Below are positions 9,578-18,942 of a stretch of 64,000 bases of DNA, piece by piece. The first letter of the stretch is position 1; each line of letters begins with the position of its first letter. The stretch covers positions 4,227 to 68,226 of the forward strand of contig CAZSCV010000003.1 of NCBI GenBank assembly GCA_964605525.1, written 5' to 3'. Below the pieces are notes generated by a model, which saw nothing but the letters and a program-made list of their open reading frames with translations, was not told the DNA's origin and did no database searches. Origin of the DNA: an uncultured Bdellovibrionales bacterium (GTDB lineage Bacteria; Patescibacteriota; Minisyncoccia; Moranbacterales; UBA9337). The translations under genes and the position numbers were made by a program.

Positions 9578-10855
9578 ATGAAAAAATTGATTCCGCAAAA
9601 ATTAAAAAATTATTATCATTTACTTTGGGCCGTGATTGCAAATTTTTGGTATGGTTTTCCGTCGAAAAAAATCAAAGTCATCGGAGTGACCGGAACTAAT
9701 GGAAAAACCACGACTGTGCAGATGATTGCCAGAATTTTGGAAGAAGCGGGATTTCGGGTGGCGGTCGCTTCGACTATTAATTTCAAATTGAACGGCAAAG
9801 AAAAAGTAAATAAAACAAAATTCACTACTTTGTCGGCTTTTGCGGTGCAAAAATTTATTTTGGATGCGGTTTTGGGACAGCATGATTTTGTCGTGCTGGA
9901 AACCTCATCGCATTCTCTGGATCAATACCGGGTGTGGGGAGTGGAATATGACACGGCAGTAATTACCAATGTGACGCGCGAGCATTTGGATTATCACAAA
10001 ACAATGGAACAGTATCGAAAAGCCAAAAAAATATTATTCGAAAAAGCGAAAAATATTGCGGTGAATCTGGATATGGAAAAACCGGAATATTATTTAGATG
10101 CAAGTGCTGAGAAGAAATATGGCTATAGTATTAAAAACCAAGAATCAAGAATTAAGAATCAATATAATTATAAAATCGTAAAAGCAGAGAATATAAAATT
10201 AAACATAAATAGTTCTCAATTCTCAATTCTCAATTCTCAATTTTTATTGAATTTGCCTGGAATGTTTAATATTGAAAACGCTTTGGCGGCAACTTGCGTC
10301 GGGATGATTTATGATATCAAAGAAGATGTTATTGCGCGGGCTTTGGAAGAAATCAAAGGTGTACCGGGAAGGATGGAAAACATATCCAATGATAAGGGTT
10401 TGAATATTATTGTTGATTATGCGGTAACGCCGGACTCATTGGAAAAATTATATGGATTGATTAGAGAGTCTAAGGATGTTAGAGGCGGGAAAATAATTGC
10501 GGTTTTTGGAAGTTGCGGAGAACGCGATCGAGGGAAGCGTCCGATTATGGGAGAAATTGTTTCACGCACCGCTGACTATGTCATTGTGACTAATGAAGAT
10601 CCGTATGGAGAAGATCCATTGCAGATTATGAACGAATTGGAATCAGGAATTAAAAATCATGAATTAGATAAAACTTATTTTAAAATAATAGATCGCCAAG
10701 AAGCGATAAAAAAAGCCTTGCAAATTGCAAAGCCAGGGGATTTTGTGATCGTGACCGGAAAAGGAGCGGAAGAAATGATGGCAGTGAGCGCTACTGAAAT
10801 AATTCCGTGGAATGACAAGAAGATTATCCAAAAAGTGTTGCAAGAATTAAGGTAA
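9578..10855 (+). CDS. Mur ligase family protein (MurE-like, short N-terminus) with an in-frame heptamer-repeat insertion
   Basis: ATP-binding loop GVTGTNGKTTT and Mur ligase middle and C-terminal domains. The insert (AAGAATCA)n/(TTCTCAA)4 is translated as KNQESRIKNQ...NSSQFSILNSQF. Confidence 0.7.
   Translation: MKKLIPQKLKNYYHLLWAVIANFWYGFPSKKIKVIGVTGTNGKTTTVQMIARILEEAGFRVAVASTINFKLNGKEKVNKTKFTTLSAFAVQKFILDAVLGQHDFVVLETSSHSLDQYRVWGVEYDTAVITNVTREHLDYHKTMEQYRKAKKILFEKAKNIAVNLDMEKPEYYLDASAEKKYGYSIKNQESRIKNQYNYKIVKAENIKLNINSSQFSILNSQFLLNLPGMFNIENALAATCVGMIYDIKEDVIARALEEIKGVPGRMENISNDKGLNIIVDYAVTPDSLEKLYGLIRESKDVRGGKIIAVFGSCGERDRGKRPIMGEIVSRTADYVIVTNEDPYGEDPLQIMNELESGIKNHELDKTYFKIIDRQEAIKKALQIAKPGDFVIVTGKGAEEMMAVSATEIIPWNDKKIIQKVLQELR
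10130..10242. repeat. in-frame heptamer/octamer tandem repeats inside the Mur ligase gene
   Basis: (AAGAATCA)-like units then (TTCTCAA)4 at 10212-10239. Confidence 0.7.
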
Positions 10856-11276
10856 GGAAAAATCCTAGAATTGCTCCAGCTACGACTTCTTCCGGTTTGT
10901 GCCCCATTCTTTCTTTGAGGCGTGGATATTCATTTTCCCCGACTCCAATTTTATCCAGAACCATATTAATATAGCGGCTGTGTTCTCCCATATAAACCCG
11001 CAAACGCGTGGCATCGTCAATAATCAAAATCGCCATAATAAAAGCAATGGCAAATGCTCCGGAATATATTCCGGAAAAAAATCCGACAGATGTTACCAAG
11101 GAAACCATTAAAGCGCTATGAACGCTCGGCATATGTCCGTACGTCATTGCGTGTCCCATGGTATATTTAAAATCTTTTCCATGCTTGAAATAGAATATGA
11201 TGAACTTTAAAATTCTGGCGAAAGCTAATACGATCAAAGGAATAATAAACATTGCATAATTCGAAAAAGTATTCAT
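10824..11276 (-). CDS. divergent PAP2 / DUF212 family membrane protein
   Basis: The PSVHSA motif and TM topology are typical of the YuiD/DUF212 acid-phosphatase-related family. Confidence 0.7.
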   Translation of the reverse strand: MNTFSNYAMFIIPLIVLAFARILKFIIFYFKHGKDFKYTMGHAMTYGHMPSVHSALMVSLVTSVGFFSGIYSGAFAIAFIMAILIIDDATRLRVYMGEHSRYINMVLDKIGVGENEYPRLKERMGHKPEEVVAGAILGFFLTLILATLFG

Positions 11277-11403
11277 TTATTTGACGATTAAGTGATTAGC
11301 CTTTAAATTATACCACAAAAATGGAAGAAAATGGAATTTTTCTTTTTCTGCCAGATAGTATATAATTAAAGCGTAATAAATATAATAAATTAAACATAAT
11401 AAT

Positions 11404-11955
11404 ATGGGAATTGGATTGATTTTGTTAATAGTCGCAGTTGTGGTCGTTGTTTGGGTTATTGGTGTGTATAATGGGCTGATCAGGCTTAAAAATAGAGTAG
11501 ACGAAGCTTGGAGTGATATTGATGTCCAACTCAAGAGGCGTTATGATTTGATTCCGAATTTGATCAATACCGTCAAAGGTTATGCATCGCATGAAAAAGA
11601 ACTTTTGGAAAAAGTGACAGAGGCAAGGACGGCAGCCATGGGAGCGCAAACTCCGGCAGAAAAAGAAGGAGCGGAAAATATGCTTTCCGGAACACTCAAA
11701 TCCCTTTTTGCGGTAGCGGAAAATTATCCGGATCTGAAAGCCAATCAGAATTTTTTGGAGTTGCAACGGGAGCTTTCCGATACTGAAAACAAAATCCAAG
11801 CATCTCGAAGATTTTACAACGGCAATGTCCGCGATTTCAATATCAAAATAGAAGTTTTTCCAAGCAGTATCGTTGCTGGAATGTTGCATTTTTCTAAGCG
11901 TGATTTTTTCGAAGCCGAGGAAAGTGAGAAAGAAAATGTTAAGGTTGAGTTTTAA
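11404..11955 (+). CDS. LemA family protein
   Basis: N-terminal TM helix followed by NGLIRLKNRVDEAWSDIDVQLKRRYDLIPNLINTVKGY, the LemA signature. Confidence 0.8.
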   Translation: MGIGLILLIVAVVVVVWVIGVYNGLIRLKNRVDEAWSDIDVQLKRRYDLIPNLINTVKGYASHEKELLEKVTEARTAAMGAQTPAEKEGAENMLSGTLKSLFAVAENYPDLKANQNFLELQRELSDTENKIQASRRFYNGNVRDFNIKIEVFPSSIVAGMLHFSKRDFFEAEESEKENVKVEF

Positions 11956-11984
11956 TTTTTCAATTAATTAAATTTATATTTGCG

Positions 11985-12644
11985 ATGTTTGGACAGGATA
12001 AGGAAAATGATAAAAATTCTTCATTAAAATGCGACAATACGTGTTTTTTGGTTTTTATTATAGGAATAATTTTTGTTTTTTTCGCAATAGTGGTTTTTTC
12101 TTTGTATCAAATTAAGGAGATGCTCGGAATTCATTTGACTGATGATGTTAAGCATCCAACCGGAATTATTGCCCAAGAGCAAGAAATTGGCGGTGATGAG
12201 TTGTGGGAGTGTTTCCATCAGACCGACAAAAAATTCATGGTGTATTATCCTTCAAGTTGGAAACTTTCAAACAGTCCTGATTATTTGGCGGTTATTCGCA
12301 GGATTAGTGAAGTTAAAACAGAAAAGTATATTCAAGGAATAATGACTGTTTCTGTGTCGATTGATGTTGTTGAAAAAGAGAAAGCAATGTCAATGGCGGA
12401 TTTTGCGGATAAAAATAGAAATGATTCTGATCAATATGATGTTTTTCATTCCTCCGATAATGAAGCGGTTGCGGCAGGAGTATCAATTAATCGGAAAATT
12501 CCATTTGAGTCGCATTGTTTTGACATGGGAAGCGAGGCACTATGTCTTCGGGCGGATTATTATGGAAGCGGAAGCGATTTAGAAAAAGACAAAAATATTT
12601 TTTCGGAAATAGTTTCCCGCGTTGAAATAACAAAAGACGAATAA
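11985..12644 (+). CDS. hypothetical membrane-anchored protein
   Basis: N-terminal TM helix. It abuts htpX and is probably co-transcribed with it. Confidence 0.4.
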   Translation: MFGQDKENDKNSSLKCDNTCFLVFIIGIIFVFFAIVVFSLYQIKEMLGIHLTDDVKHPTGIIAQEQEIGGDELWECFHQTDKKFMVYYPSSWKLSNSPDYLAVIRRISEVKTEKYIQGIMTVSVSIDVVEKEKAMSMADFADKNRNDSDQYDVFHSSDNEAVAAGVSINRKIPFESHCFDMGSEALCLRADYYGSGSDLEKDKNIFSEIVSRVEITKDE

Positions 12645-12645
12645 T

Positions 12646-13536
12646 ATGGCGACACTTTATACTCAAGCCGATAGGAATGTTCGATTGACCTGGATATATA
12701 TCTCCGGGTTTTTGGTGTTTGTGATCGGGGTGGGTTATGTTTTCGCCGGGGCGATGGGGAATAGCACGATTTTGTATGGCGCGGTTATTTTTTCGGTAGT
12801 GATGAGTTTCGGATCATATTGGTGGAGCGACAAAATCGTTTTGGCGATGAGCGAGGCAAAGGAATTGACCCATGACAACAATCGGGAGATATACCATCTG
12901 GTGGAAAATCTCTGCATTACCGCCGGCCTTCCTGTTCCCAAGATTTATATCATCCAAGACAGCGCGCCGAACGCTTTCGCGACCGGGCGCGATCCCAAGC
13001 ACGGGGTTATTTGCCTGACGACCGGGATCGTTGAAAAATTGGAAAAGACCGAATTGGAAGGAGTAATCGCGCATGAACTTTCGCATATCGGGAACCGGGA
13101 TATCCTGCTTTCCACGGTGGTCGTGATTTTGGTAGGCTTCGTTACGCTTTTGGCGGATTGGTTCCGGCACTGGGCGTTTTTTGGCAGACGCGGAAGTGAC
13201 CGTGAAGGTGGTGGTCAATTGCAGATCATTTTGATGGTCGCGGCGATCGTGCTTTCGATTTTGGCTCCGATCGCGGCAGTGCTGATGCAATTGGCGATTT
13301 CTCGAAAAAGGGAATTTTTGGCGGATGCCTCCGCGGCCCTTCTGACGCGTTATCCGGACGGATTGGCACGCGCCTTGGAAAAGATTTCCGCCGACAAAGA
13401 GCCGCTGGAAGCCGCCAACCGGGCTACGGCGCATCTATATATCGCCAATCCTTTTAAAGGAAAGAAAGTTTCCAGCTTATTTCAGACCCATCCATCTATA
13501 GAAGATCGAGTAAAAGCGCTTCGCAATATGAAATAA
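12646..13536 (+). CDS. htpX: M48 family zinc protease HtpX
   Basis: HELSHIGNRD (HExxH), four TM segments and the C-terminal PSIEDRVKAL. Confidence 0.85.
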   Translation: MATLYTQADRNVRLTWIYISGFLVFVIGVGYVFAGAMGNSTILYGAVIFSVVMSFGSYWWSDKIVLAMSEAKELTHDNNREIYHLVENLCITAGLPVPKIYIIQDSAPNAFATGRDPKHGVICLTTGIVEKLEKTELEGVIAHELSHIGNRDILLSTVVVILVGFVTLLADWFRHWAFFGRRGSDREGGGQLQIILMVAAIVLSILAPIAAVLMQLAISRKREFLADASAALLTRYPDGLARALEKISADKEPLEAANRATAHLYIANPFKGKKVSSLFQTHPSIEDRVKALRNMK

Positions 13537-13650
13537 ATTGTTTATGCCTGTCCGCCTTTGGAGGAACTCACCCGCCGATTGAAGAAAGAGTGGCAAAGTT
13601 ACGGGGGATGGAATGAAATAATAATTAGTAAATAATAATTAGTAAAAGGT

Positions 13651-14070
13651 ATGGAAGTTTTTCAACCGGAAAAAAAAGAGAGTCTTTTGGATAAGATAAT
13701 AAGAAATATTTTTAGAGATAGAAATACTTTAGAGCAAAGAGTATCGCAGTCAGTTAGTTATATGAATGAAGGCGGTAGTGCTATGTCGGAATGTGAACTT
13801 GCAAGATATATCATCGGAAAAGATAATTCTGCTATGTTGCCTAAAAAAGATTTTGCAATGCTTAAAGACGAAATAGTAAGAATGGTGAAAAAGGCAAAAG
13901 AAGAAATGGCAAAATCATCCAATGAAAAAAGAAGGCTTTCTATTAATGTCGGAAGAGGAGAAAAAATTGTAACAGATAAAATGAAAAAAGAAGCAAGGAT
14001 AAAAGAGGAAGATGTGGAATTGATAGAAACGGGGTTTGATCCGGAAGAAATCCGAAAAGAACTCAAATAA
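13651..14070 (+). CDS. hypothetical protein
   Basis: ORF only; charged, K/E-rich. Confidence 0.4.
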   Translation: MEVFQPEKKESLLDKIIRNIFRDRNTLEQRVSQSVSYMNEGGSAMSECELARYIIGKDNSAMLPKKDFAMLKDEIVRMVKKAKEEMAKSSNEKRRLSINVGRGEKIVTDKMKKEARIKEEDVELIETGFDPEEIRKELK

Positions 14071-14161
14071 AAAATGTATCCTGGTATAAAAAAATCGCAG
14101 TCGCAAGCGCGCTTCAGTGCCGTGCTTTTTAAATTAAGGCACTTGTAAGTCTTTACAAACT

Positions 14162-14197
14162 CACTCACTTTTATGCAATCGCATAAAAGTGAGTGAG
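14162..14197. repeat. near-perfect palindrome (17-bp stem, AATC loop), copy 1, downstream of the PaaX-like gene
   Basis: CTCACTCACTTTTATGC-AATC-GCATAAAAGTGAGTGAG. Confidence 0.8.
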
Positions 14198-14231
14198 ATA
14201 TGGAGCGAGAAATAAAAGCAGGGATGGTAAG

Positions 14232-14882
14232 TTAGAATAATTTAAAGGATTTTTTCAATTCTTCTTCGTGGAGTATTTTTTCAGCGGTTATTATTTCGAT
14301 ATATTTTTGTACATTGTATAATTCCGCGATAAACAAGATTTCATCCTCGCATTCATAAGGGAAAACCCAGGCGCTTTTTTGCAGTTGTCTGAATTTAAGC
14401 TCTTTTATTTTGTTTCTGAGGGCGTTGCGAGCCTGATCGAATATTTTCGGACGAGATGGGATGTCGAAAATCAAAATTCTCCATTTTCCGTCCCAAGTCT
14501 GTGGTTTTTTGATTTTGAGGTTTTGCAAATAGAAATCCTTGCTCCTCCGCTGCCCTTTATTTGTTAGTTTGACTTGAAATTTTCCGTTCTTTTCTTTGAT
14601 TATTTCGACCAGTTTCCGTTGTTTAAGGTTATTTAAGGCGGAAGTCATTTGTTTTTTTGTGTATTTTTTGTCTGATGTTTCTTTTGATTTTGAATATTTC
14701 TCAAAACTTTTCGCCGCGGAAAATATGTTCGGAGCGGCCGCCGCCACTACCAGCATCGGTCCCATAGCTAATGCCGCCAGCAGGAATTTTCCGGCGGTTG
14801 CCGGCAGGGTATCGGAATATAGGAAATTATCCTTGAATTTTTCTTTGAAAGATTTCGTTTTTTTCTTGTTTTTACTTTTCAT
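14232..14882 (-). CDS. PaaX-like winged-helix transcriptional regulator with an N-terminal hydrophobic segment
   Basis: wHTH (MTSALNNLKQRKLVEII) plus a PaaX_C-like WRILIFDIP...LGF..LQKSAWVFP C-terminus. Confidence 0.5.
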   Translation of the reverse strand: MKSKNKKKTKSFKEKFKDNFLYSDTLPATAGKFLLAALAMGPMLVVAAAAPNIFSAAKSFEKYSKSKETSDKKYTKKQMTSALNNLKQRKLVEIIKEKNGKFQVKLTNKGQRRSKDFYLQNLKIKKPQTWDGKWRILIFDIPSRPKIFDQARNALRNKIKELKFRQLQKSAWVFPYECEDEILFIAELYNVQKYIEIITAEKILHEEELKKSFKLF

Positions 14883-14928
14883 TTTTTAGTAACATGGTCA
14901 TTATATCTATTATTGTATTAATTATACA

Positions 14929-14968
14929 ACTCACTCAATTTTATGCAATCGCATAAATTTGAGTGAGT
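14929..14968. repeat. near-perfect palindrome, copy 2, upstream of the PaaX-like gene promoter region
   Basis: ACTCACTCAATTTTATGC-AATC-GCATAAATTTGAGTGAGT, almost identical to the 14162-14197 copy. Confidence 0.8.
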
Positions 14969-15048
14969 GGTAGATGATTGTCGGAAGAGTTTTTCGGGGA
15001 ATAAAAAAGAAGGACAAGCGCGCTGGATTGTCCTTTTACTTGCGACTT

Positions 15049-15300
15049 TTATTTTTTTATAAAATATTGAATAATAGGTAGAATCATGATTATCAAAATA
15101 GATAATATGAATCCTATAAATCCTACTAGGGCTATTGTCCTTGGTATGTAAAATGTGATCATCTTTTTTCTTTTTGGCAATGAATAGAAAAAAGGATTAT
15201 CTCTTTGTCCGCAGAGAAAAGTCCAAATAATTCCTATTTCAAACAAAACAAATGAATAGGTAAAGACTAAACCTAGTATTGTTTCTATTAACATTAACAC
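15049..15300 (-). CDS. small membrane protein
   Basis: 83 aa with two to three TM helices; ORF only. Confidence 0.35.
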   Translation of the reverse strand: MLMLIETILGLVFTYSFVLFEIGIIWTFLCGQRDNPFFYSLPKRKKMITFYIPRTIALVGFIGFILSILIIMILPIIQYFIKK

Positions 15301-15484
15301 GGCAAACCTCCTTTTTCTTCGTAGTTTATTGGGTTGTTAATGAGCTCGTGAAATTTAATTATAATAATTATTGAAATAAAAGTCAATAAAAAGTGAAAAA
15401 TATTATTTATTAAGTTATAAAAGTGCTTTAAATAAAGCAAAATAAAATGTTGACAAGATATCAACAAAATGCTAAAATACGGAT

Positions 15485-16246
15485 ATGATTCAAGAATTAT
15501 TACAACAATTAAAGTGTTCGGAAAAAGAGATAGAGGTATATCTTTATGTTTTAAGGCAAGGGAAAACCACTCCGGCTCGAATTTCTAAGGGAACGGGAAT
15601 AAATCGATCAACCGTTTACGTTGTGTTGGGAAAGCTTAAAAAGAATGGGTTGGTCGTTGAGGATATCAGTTCTAAAATTCTTTTTTATTCTGTTTCATTA
15701 TCGGAGGCAGTAGAGGATATGTTTTATCGCCAGCAAGAGAAGTTGAATAAAAAGAAAAATATTGCAAGAAAACTAGCGGAAGAGCTGGAAAAATTTCCGC
15801 AGAACAAAAACTATTCAGTTCCGAAAATCAGATTTATCGAGGAAGATGATTTGGAAGATTTTTTATATAAAAATCAGAAAAAATGGAAAGACAGTGCAGA
15901 TTTAAAAGATGGTTGTTGCTGGGGTTTTCAAGATCATAGCTTTGCTGAAAATTATCAAAAATGGATTGATTGGGCATGGAAAAATTATAAAATACAAGTA
16001 AATCTTTTTAGTAATGAATCCAATATTGAAAATAAGTTAAACAATAAATTTGACGAATTAAGAAAGATTAAATTTTGGGGAAAAGATTTGGATTTTACTT
16101 CATCAATGTGGATAATGGGGGATTATTTAGTAATGATAATCACTAAGCAAAAGCCATATTATTTGGTTGAAATAAATGATGCAGTACTTGCTTATAATCT
16201 CAGGGAGATTTTTCGAAAAATGTGGAATGAAGATAAAAAATATTAG
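15485..16246 (+). CDS. TrmB-family HTH transcriptional regulator
   Basis: N-terminal LKCSEKEIEVYLYVLRQGKTTPARISKGTGINRSTVYVVLGKL is the TrmB HTH. Confidence 0.6.
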   Translation: MIQELLQQLKCSEKEIEVYLYVLRQGKTTPARISKGTGINRSTVYVVLGKLKKNGLVVEDISSKILFYSVSLSEAVEDMFYRQQEKLNKKKNIARKLAEELEKFPQNKNYSVPKIRFIEEDDLEDFLYKNQKKWKDSADLKDGCCWGFQDHSFAENYQKWIDWAWKNYKIQVNLFSNESNIENKLNNKFDELRKIKFWGKDLDFTSSMWIMGDYLVMIITKQKPYYLVEINDAVLAYNLREIFRKMWNEDKKY

Positions 16247-16257
16247 CAGGATAATGA

Positions 16258-16740
16258 TTGTTTAATAAAAATATGCAATTTCAAATTCCCAAGGATAATG
16301 ACAAATATCAGTGGACGGCGCATTCGGTGATGAAGATGCGGCAGTATGGGCTGAGCGCCCAGCGGGTTTTGCGCGTGGTGCGCGCTCCGCACAGAAAGGA
16401 AGAAGGAATTGTGAAAAAAACCGTTGCCGTAATGCAACCGGTTTCTTTCAAAACCGACAAAGAGGGAAAACGCACTTGGGGAAGTGAGATTTGGGTGATG
16501 TATCAGCTCCGACGTGGCGTCAAAGCAATGACCAATAACCAATTTCTCCGCCCAAGGCGGACCAGTCTTGGGCTGGCAATTTCCAAACAAACTCAAAATT
16601 CCAAATTAAACATTTTCAATTCCGCGAGTCAGAAAATTCGCATTATAAGTGCTTGGAAATATCCCGGAGTGAGTCCGAAAAATAACCCTGTTCCTGAGGA
16701 TATTTTGCGAGAATTGGAGGAGTTGGATGACGTTGTGTAA
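16258..16740 (+). CDS. hypothetical protein with an in-frame palindromic insertion
   Basis: The insert is translated as FLRPRRTSLGLAISKQTQNSKLNIFN. Confidence 0.4.
   Translation: MFNKNMQFQIPKDNDKYQWTAHSVMKMRQYGLSAQRVLRVVRAPHRKEEGIVKKTVAVMQPVSFKTDKEGKRTWGSEIWVMYQLRRGVKAMTNNQFLRPRRTSLGLAISKQTQNSKLNIFNSASQKIRIISAWKYPGVSPKNNPVPEDILRELEELDDVV
16541..16620. repeat. in-frame palindromic element with CAAAATT-type flanks
   Basis: Core CCGCCCAAGGCGGACCAGTCTTGGGCTGG at about 16549-16577. Confidence 0.8.
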
Positions 16741-16802
16741 TTTTTAGTGATATGATAGAATAAAATAAATTTAGTAATCATATTAAAAAATAAAATAAAT
16801 TT

Positions 16803-17246
16803 ATGGAAGAATTAAAAAATGTGAATAGTGAAGAAGGTCAAAAAGTAGAAGAAAAAGAATCCGGCGCTTCCTTGGAATCTGAAAAAAAAGAACAGACTCA
16901 GTCTGAAAATTCTGTCACTGAATCAGCTCCTGAGCCGAAAAAAGCGGAAAGCAAGGATGTTCAAGAAAACAAAATGATTGCATTGCTTAGTTATATCTCG
17001 ATACTTTTCTTGATACCTCTTTTGGCAAAAAAAGACAGTGTTTTCTGCCAATTCCATGCCAAACAAGGATTGGTTTTGTTTCTTGGTGAACTTGTCGGAT
17101 GGTTGCTGTATCCGTTTTTAGGCTTGGGATTTTTGGTTCATTTGGCTGTTTTGGTTCTGGCAATTATGGGAATTATAAATGTTTTAGGTGGCGAAATGAA
17201 AAAACTTCCTTTGGTAGGAGATTTTGCTGATAAGTTTAATCTATAA
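16803..17246 (+). CDS. DUF4870 family membrane protein
   Basis: IALLSYISILFLIPLLAKKDSVFCQFHAKQGLVLF is the DUF4870 signature. N-terminal E/K-rich tail. Confidence 0.6.
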   Translation: MEELKNVNSEEGQKVEEKESGASLESEKKEQTQSENSVTESAPEPKKAESKDVQENKMIALLSYISILFLIPLLAKKDSVFCQFHAKQGLVLFLGELVGWLLYPFLGLGFLVHLAVLVLAIMGIINVLGGEMKKLPLVGDFADKFNL

Positions 17247-17369
17247 TTCAAATCTTTTTGCAATGTTCGTTCAAGGCAGGCCATCTTTCAAAGTTGCCTG
17301 TTTTGATTTATACTGAAGAAAGTAATAGTTTTTTATTTATTAAAATAAAAAGTAAATAATATAAAAAAT

Positions 17370-18824
17370 ATGACAGTTAGAAATATATCTTGTTTTTGTG
17401 AGAAAAAAACAAAAATAGTCGCTACGATTGGACCAGTTTCGGAAAGCAAGGAAATGCTGGAGAAAATGATAAAAACAGGAATGAATGTTGCCAGGCTTAA
17501 TTTTTCTCACGGAGCGCACCAATGGCACAAAAAAACCATTAATAACATCCGTCAGGTTTCAGATAAATTAGGAGCAAATATTGGCATTATGGCTGATCTG
17601 CAAGGTCCTCGCATCAGAATTGCTACGTCTGGCGATGTGATTGCCAGAAAAGGAAAAGAACTTTTGGTAAGTGATGTCCGTTATCGGAAGAGTGTTTCAA
17701 ATATGTCGGCAGATATTTTTTATTTGGATTATCCGGGGATTATTGATTGTATTAAGGAGGGAGATACAATCATGATTGAAGATGGATTGATAAAATTGGA
17801 AGTTTCCAAAAAAAGTTCGAATTTTCTTCGAACAAGAGTTATTGATGGCGGTGTGATTCGCAATCATAAGGGAGTAAATCTTCCGGATTCTGATTTGAAT
17901 ATTGGAGTTGTGACAAAAAAAGATATTGATGATCTCAAGATGGCATTGGAAAATGATGTGGATTTTGTGGCACTTTCTTTTGTTAGTTGTGCAAAAGACA
18001 TTAACGGACTGAGAAAAAGAATGGAGCGTATTTTGGGGAGAAAAAATGACCTGCCTCAGATTGTAGCAAAGATTGAGCGAAAAGAAGCCATTAATAACCT
18101 AGATGAAATAATTGAAAGTACTGATGTAGTGATGGTGGCACGCGGTGATTTGGGAATTGAAATGGATCAAAGCAAAGTAGTGATATGGCAAAAGGAAATA
18201 ATTAAAAAAAGTTTGAAAAAGGCCAAGCCGGTAATAGTTGCCACGCAAATGCTCAATAGTATGATTGAAAATCCACGTCCGACCAGAGCGGAAGTGAGTG
18301 ATGTTTCCAATGCTGTAATTGACCACGCGGATGCCGTTATGCTTAGCGGAGAATCTGCCAATGGAAAATATCCGGTTGAGAGTGTAAAAATGATGGCGGA
18401 AATTATTCGCAATACCGAAGAATCTCCTTTTGATGACGTGTATAAATATATGGATTTGCATATCAGCAGTGAGTATGCGACAGTGGTTCGCAGCGCTTAT
18501 GAAATTGCCAAAAGTTACAATGTAAAGGCGATTGCAATGATAAGCCTTAGTGGATTTACGGCAAGGCTGGTTTCGCATTTCCGCCCTGATCAAAATATTT
18601 TAGTGGTGACTAATAGAAAAAAAACATTCAATCAATTTTCTTTGGTATGGGGAGTATGCGGTTATCTTTTTGAGGATGATAAAAATTTGGAAGATTTGAT
18701 AGTTAAAATGCTTGATCAAACAAAAAAGGACAAGCGCCTGAAAACAGGGGACAGCGTGGTGGTTATTATCGGTCGGGTTTTAAATGGAGAGAAAATGCGT
18801 TTAGTTGGAATTCGCAAAGCTTGA
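17370..18824 (+). CDS. pyk: pyruvate kinase
   Basis: KTKIVATIGP...NVARLNFSHG, MVARGDLGIE and overall 484-aa PK architecture. Confidence 0.9.
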   Translation: MTVRNISCFCEKKTKIVATIGPVSESKEMLEKMIKTGMNVARLNFSHGAHQWHKKTINNIRQVSDKLGANIGIMADLQGPRIRIATSGDVIARKGKELLVSDVRYRKSVSNMSADIFYLDYPGIIDCIKEGDTIMIEDGLIKLEVSKKSSNFLRTRVIDGGVIRNHKGVNLPDSDLNIGVVTKKDIDDLKMALENDVDFVALSFVSCAKDINGLRKRMERILGRKNDLPQIVAKIERKEAINNLDEIIESTDVVMVARGDLGIEMDQSKVVIWQKEIIKKSLKKAKPVIVATQMLNSMIENPRPTRAEVSDVSNAVIDHADAVMLSGESANGKYPVESVKMMAEIIRNTEESPFDDVYKYMDLHISSEYATVVRSAYEIAKSYNVKAIAMISLSGFTARLVSHFRPDQNILVVTNRKKTFNQFSLVWGVCGYLFEDDKNLEDLIVKMLDQTKKDKRLKTGDSVVVIIGRVLNGEKMRLVGIRKA

Positions 18825-18864
18825 CTTTTGGCTCAAAATAAGTATTATTAGTCTGTTGTTGTTT

Positions 18865-18899
18865 GGAGAGTTCGCATAGCGGTCTAGTGCGCACGCTTG
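18865..18899 (+). pseudogene. orphan 5' half of tRNA-Ser(GGA): an exact 35-nt copy ending at anticodon-loop position 34
   Basis: GGAGAGTTCGCATAGCGGTCTAGTGCGCACGCTTG is identical to nt 1-35 of the intact tRNA at 19313. It is followed immediately by the palindromic element variant. Confidence 0.7.
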
Positions 18900-18900
18900 T

Positions 18901-18930
18901 CCGCCCAAGGCGGATGCGCCCTGGGCGCAG
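18901..18930. repeat. intergenic variant of the GC-rich palindromic element
   Basis: CCGCCCAAGGCGGATGCGCCCTGGGCGCAG shares CCGCCCAAGGCGGA with the intragenic copies. Confidence 0.6.
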
Positions 18931-18942
18931 AAAGCTTATATT

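Noticed and set aside
18099-18593. 164-aa ORF antisense within pyk
   Set aside because: It is antisense to pyruvate kinase and has no support.
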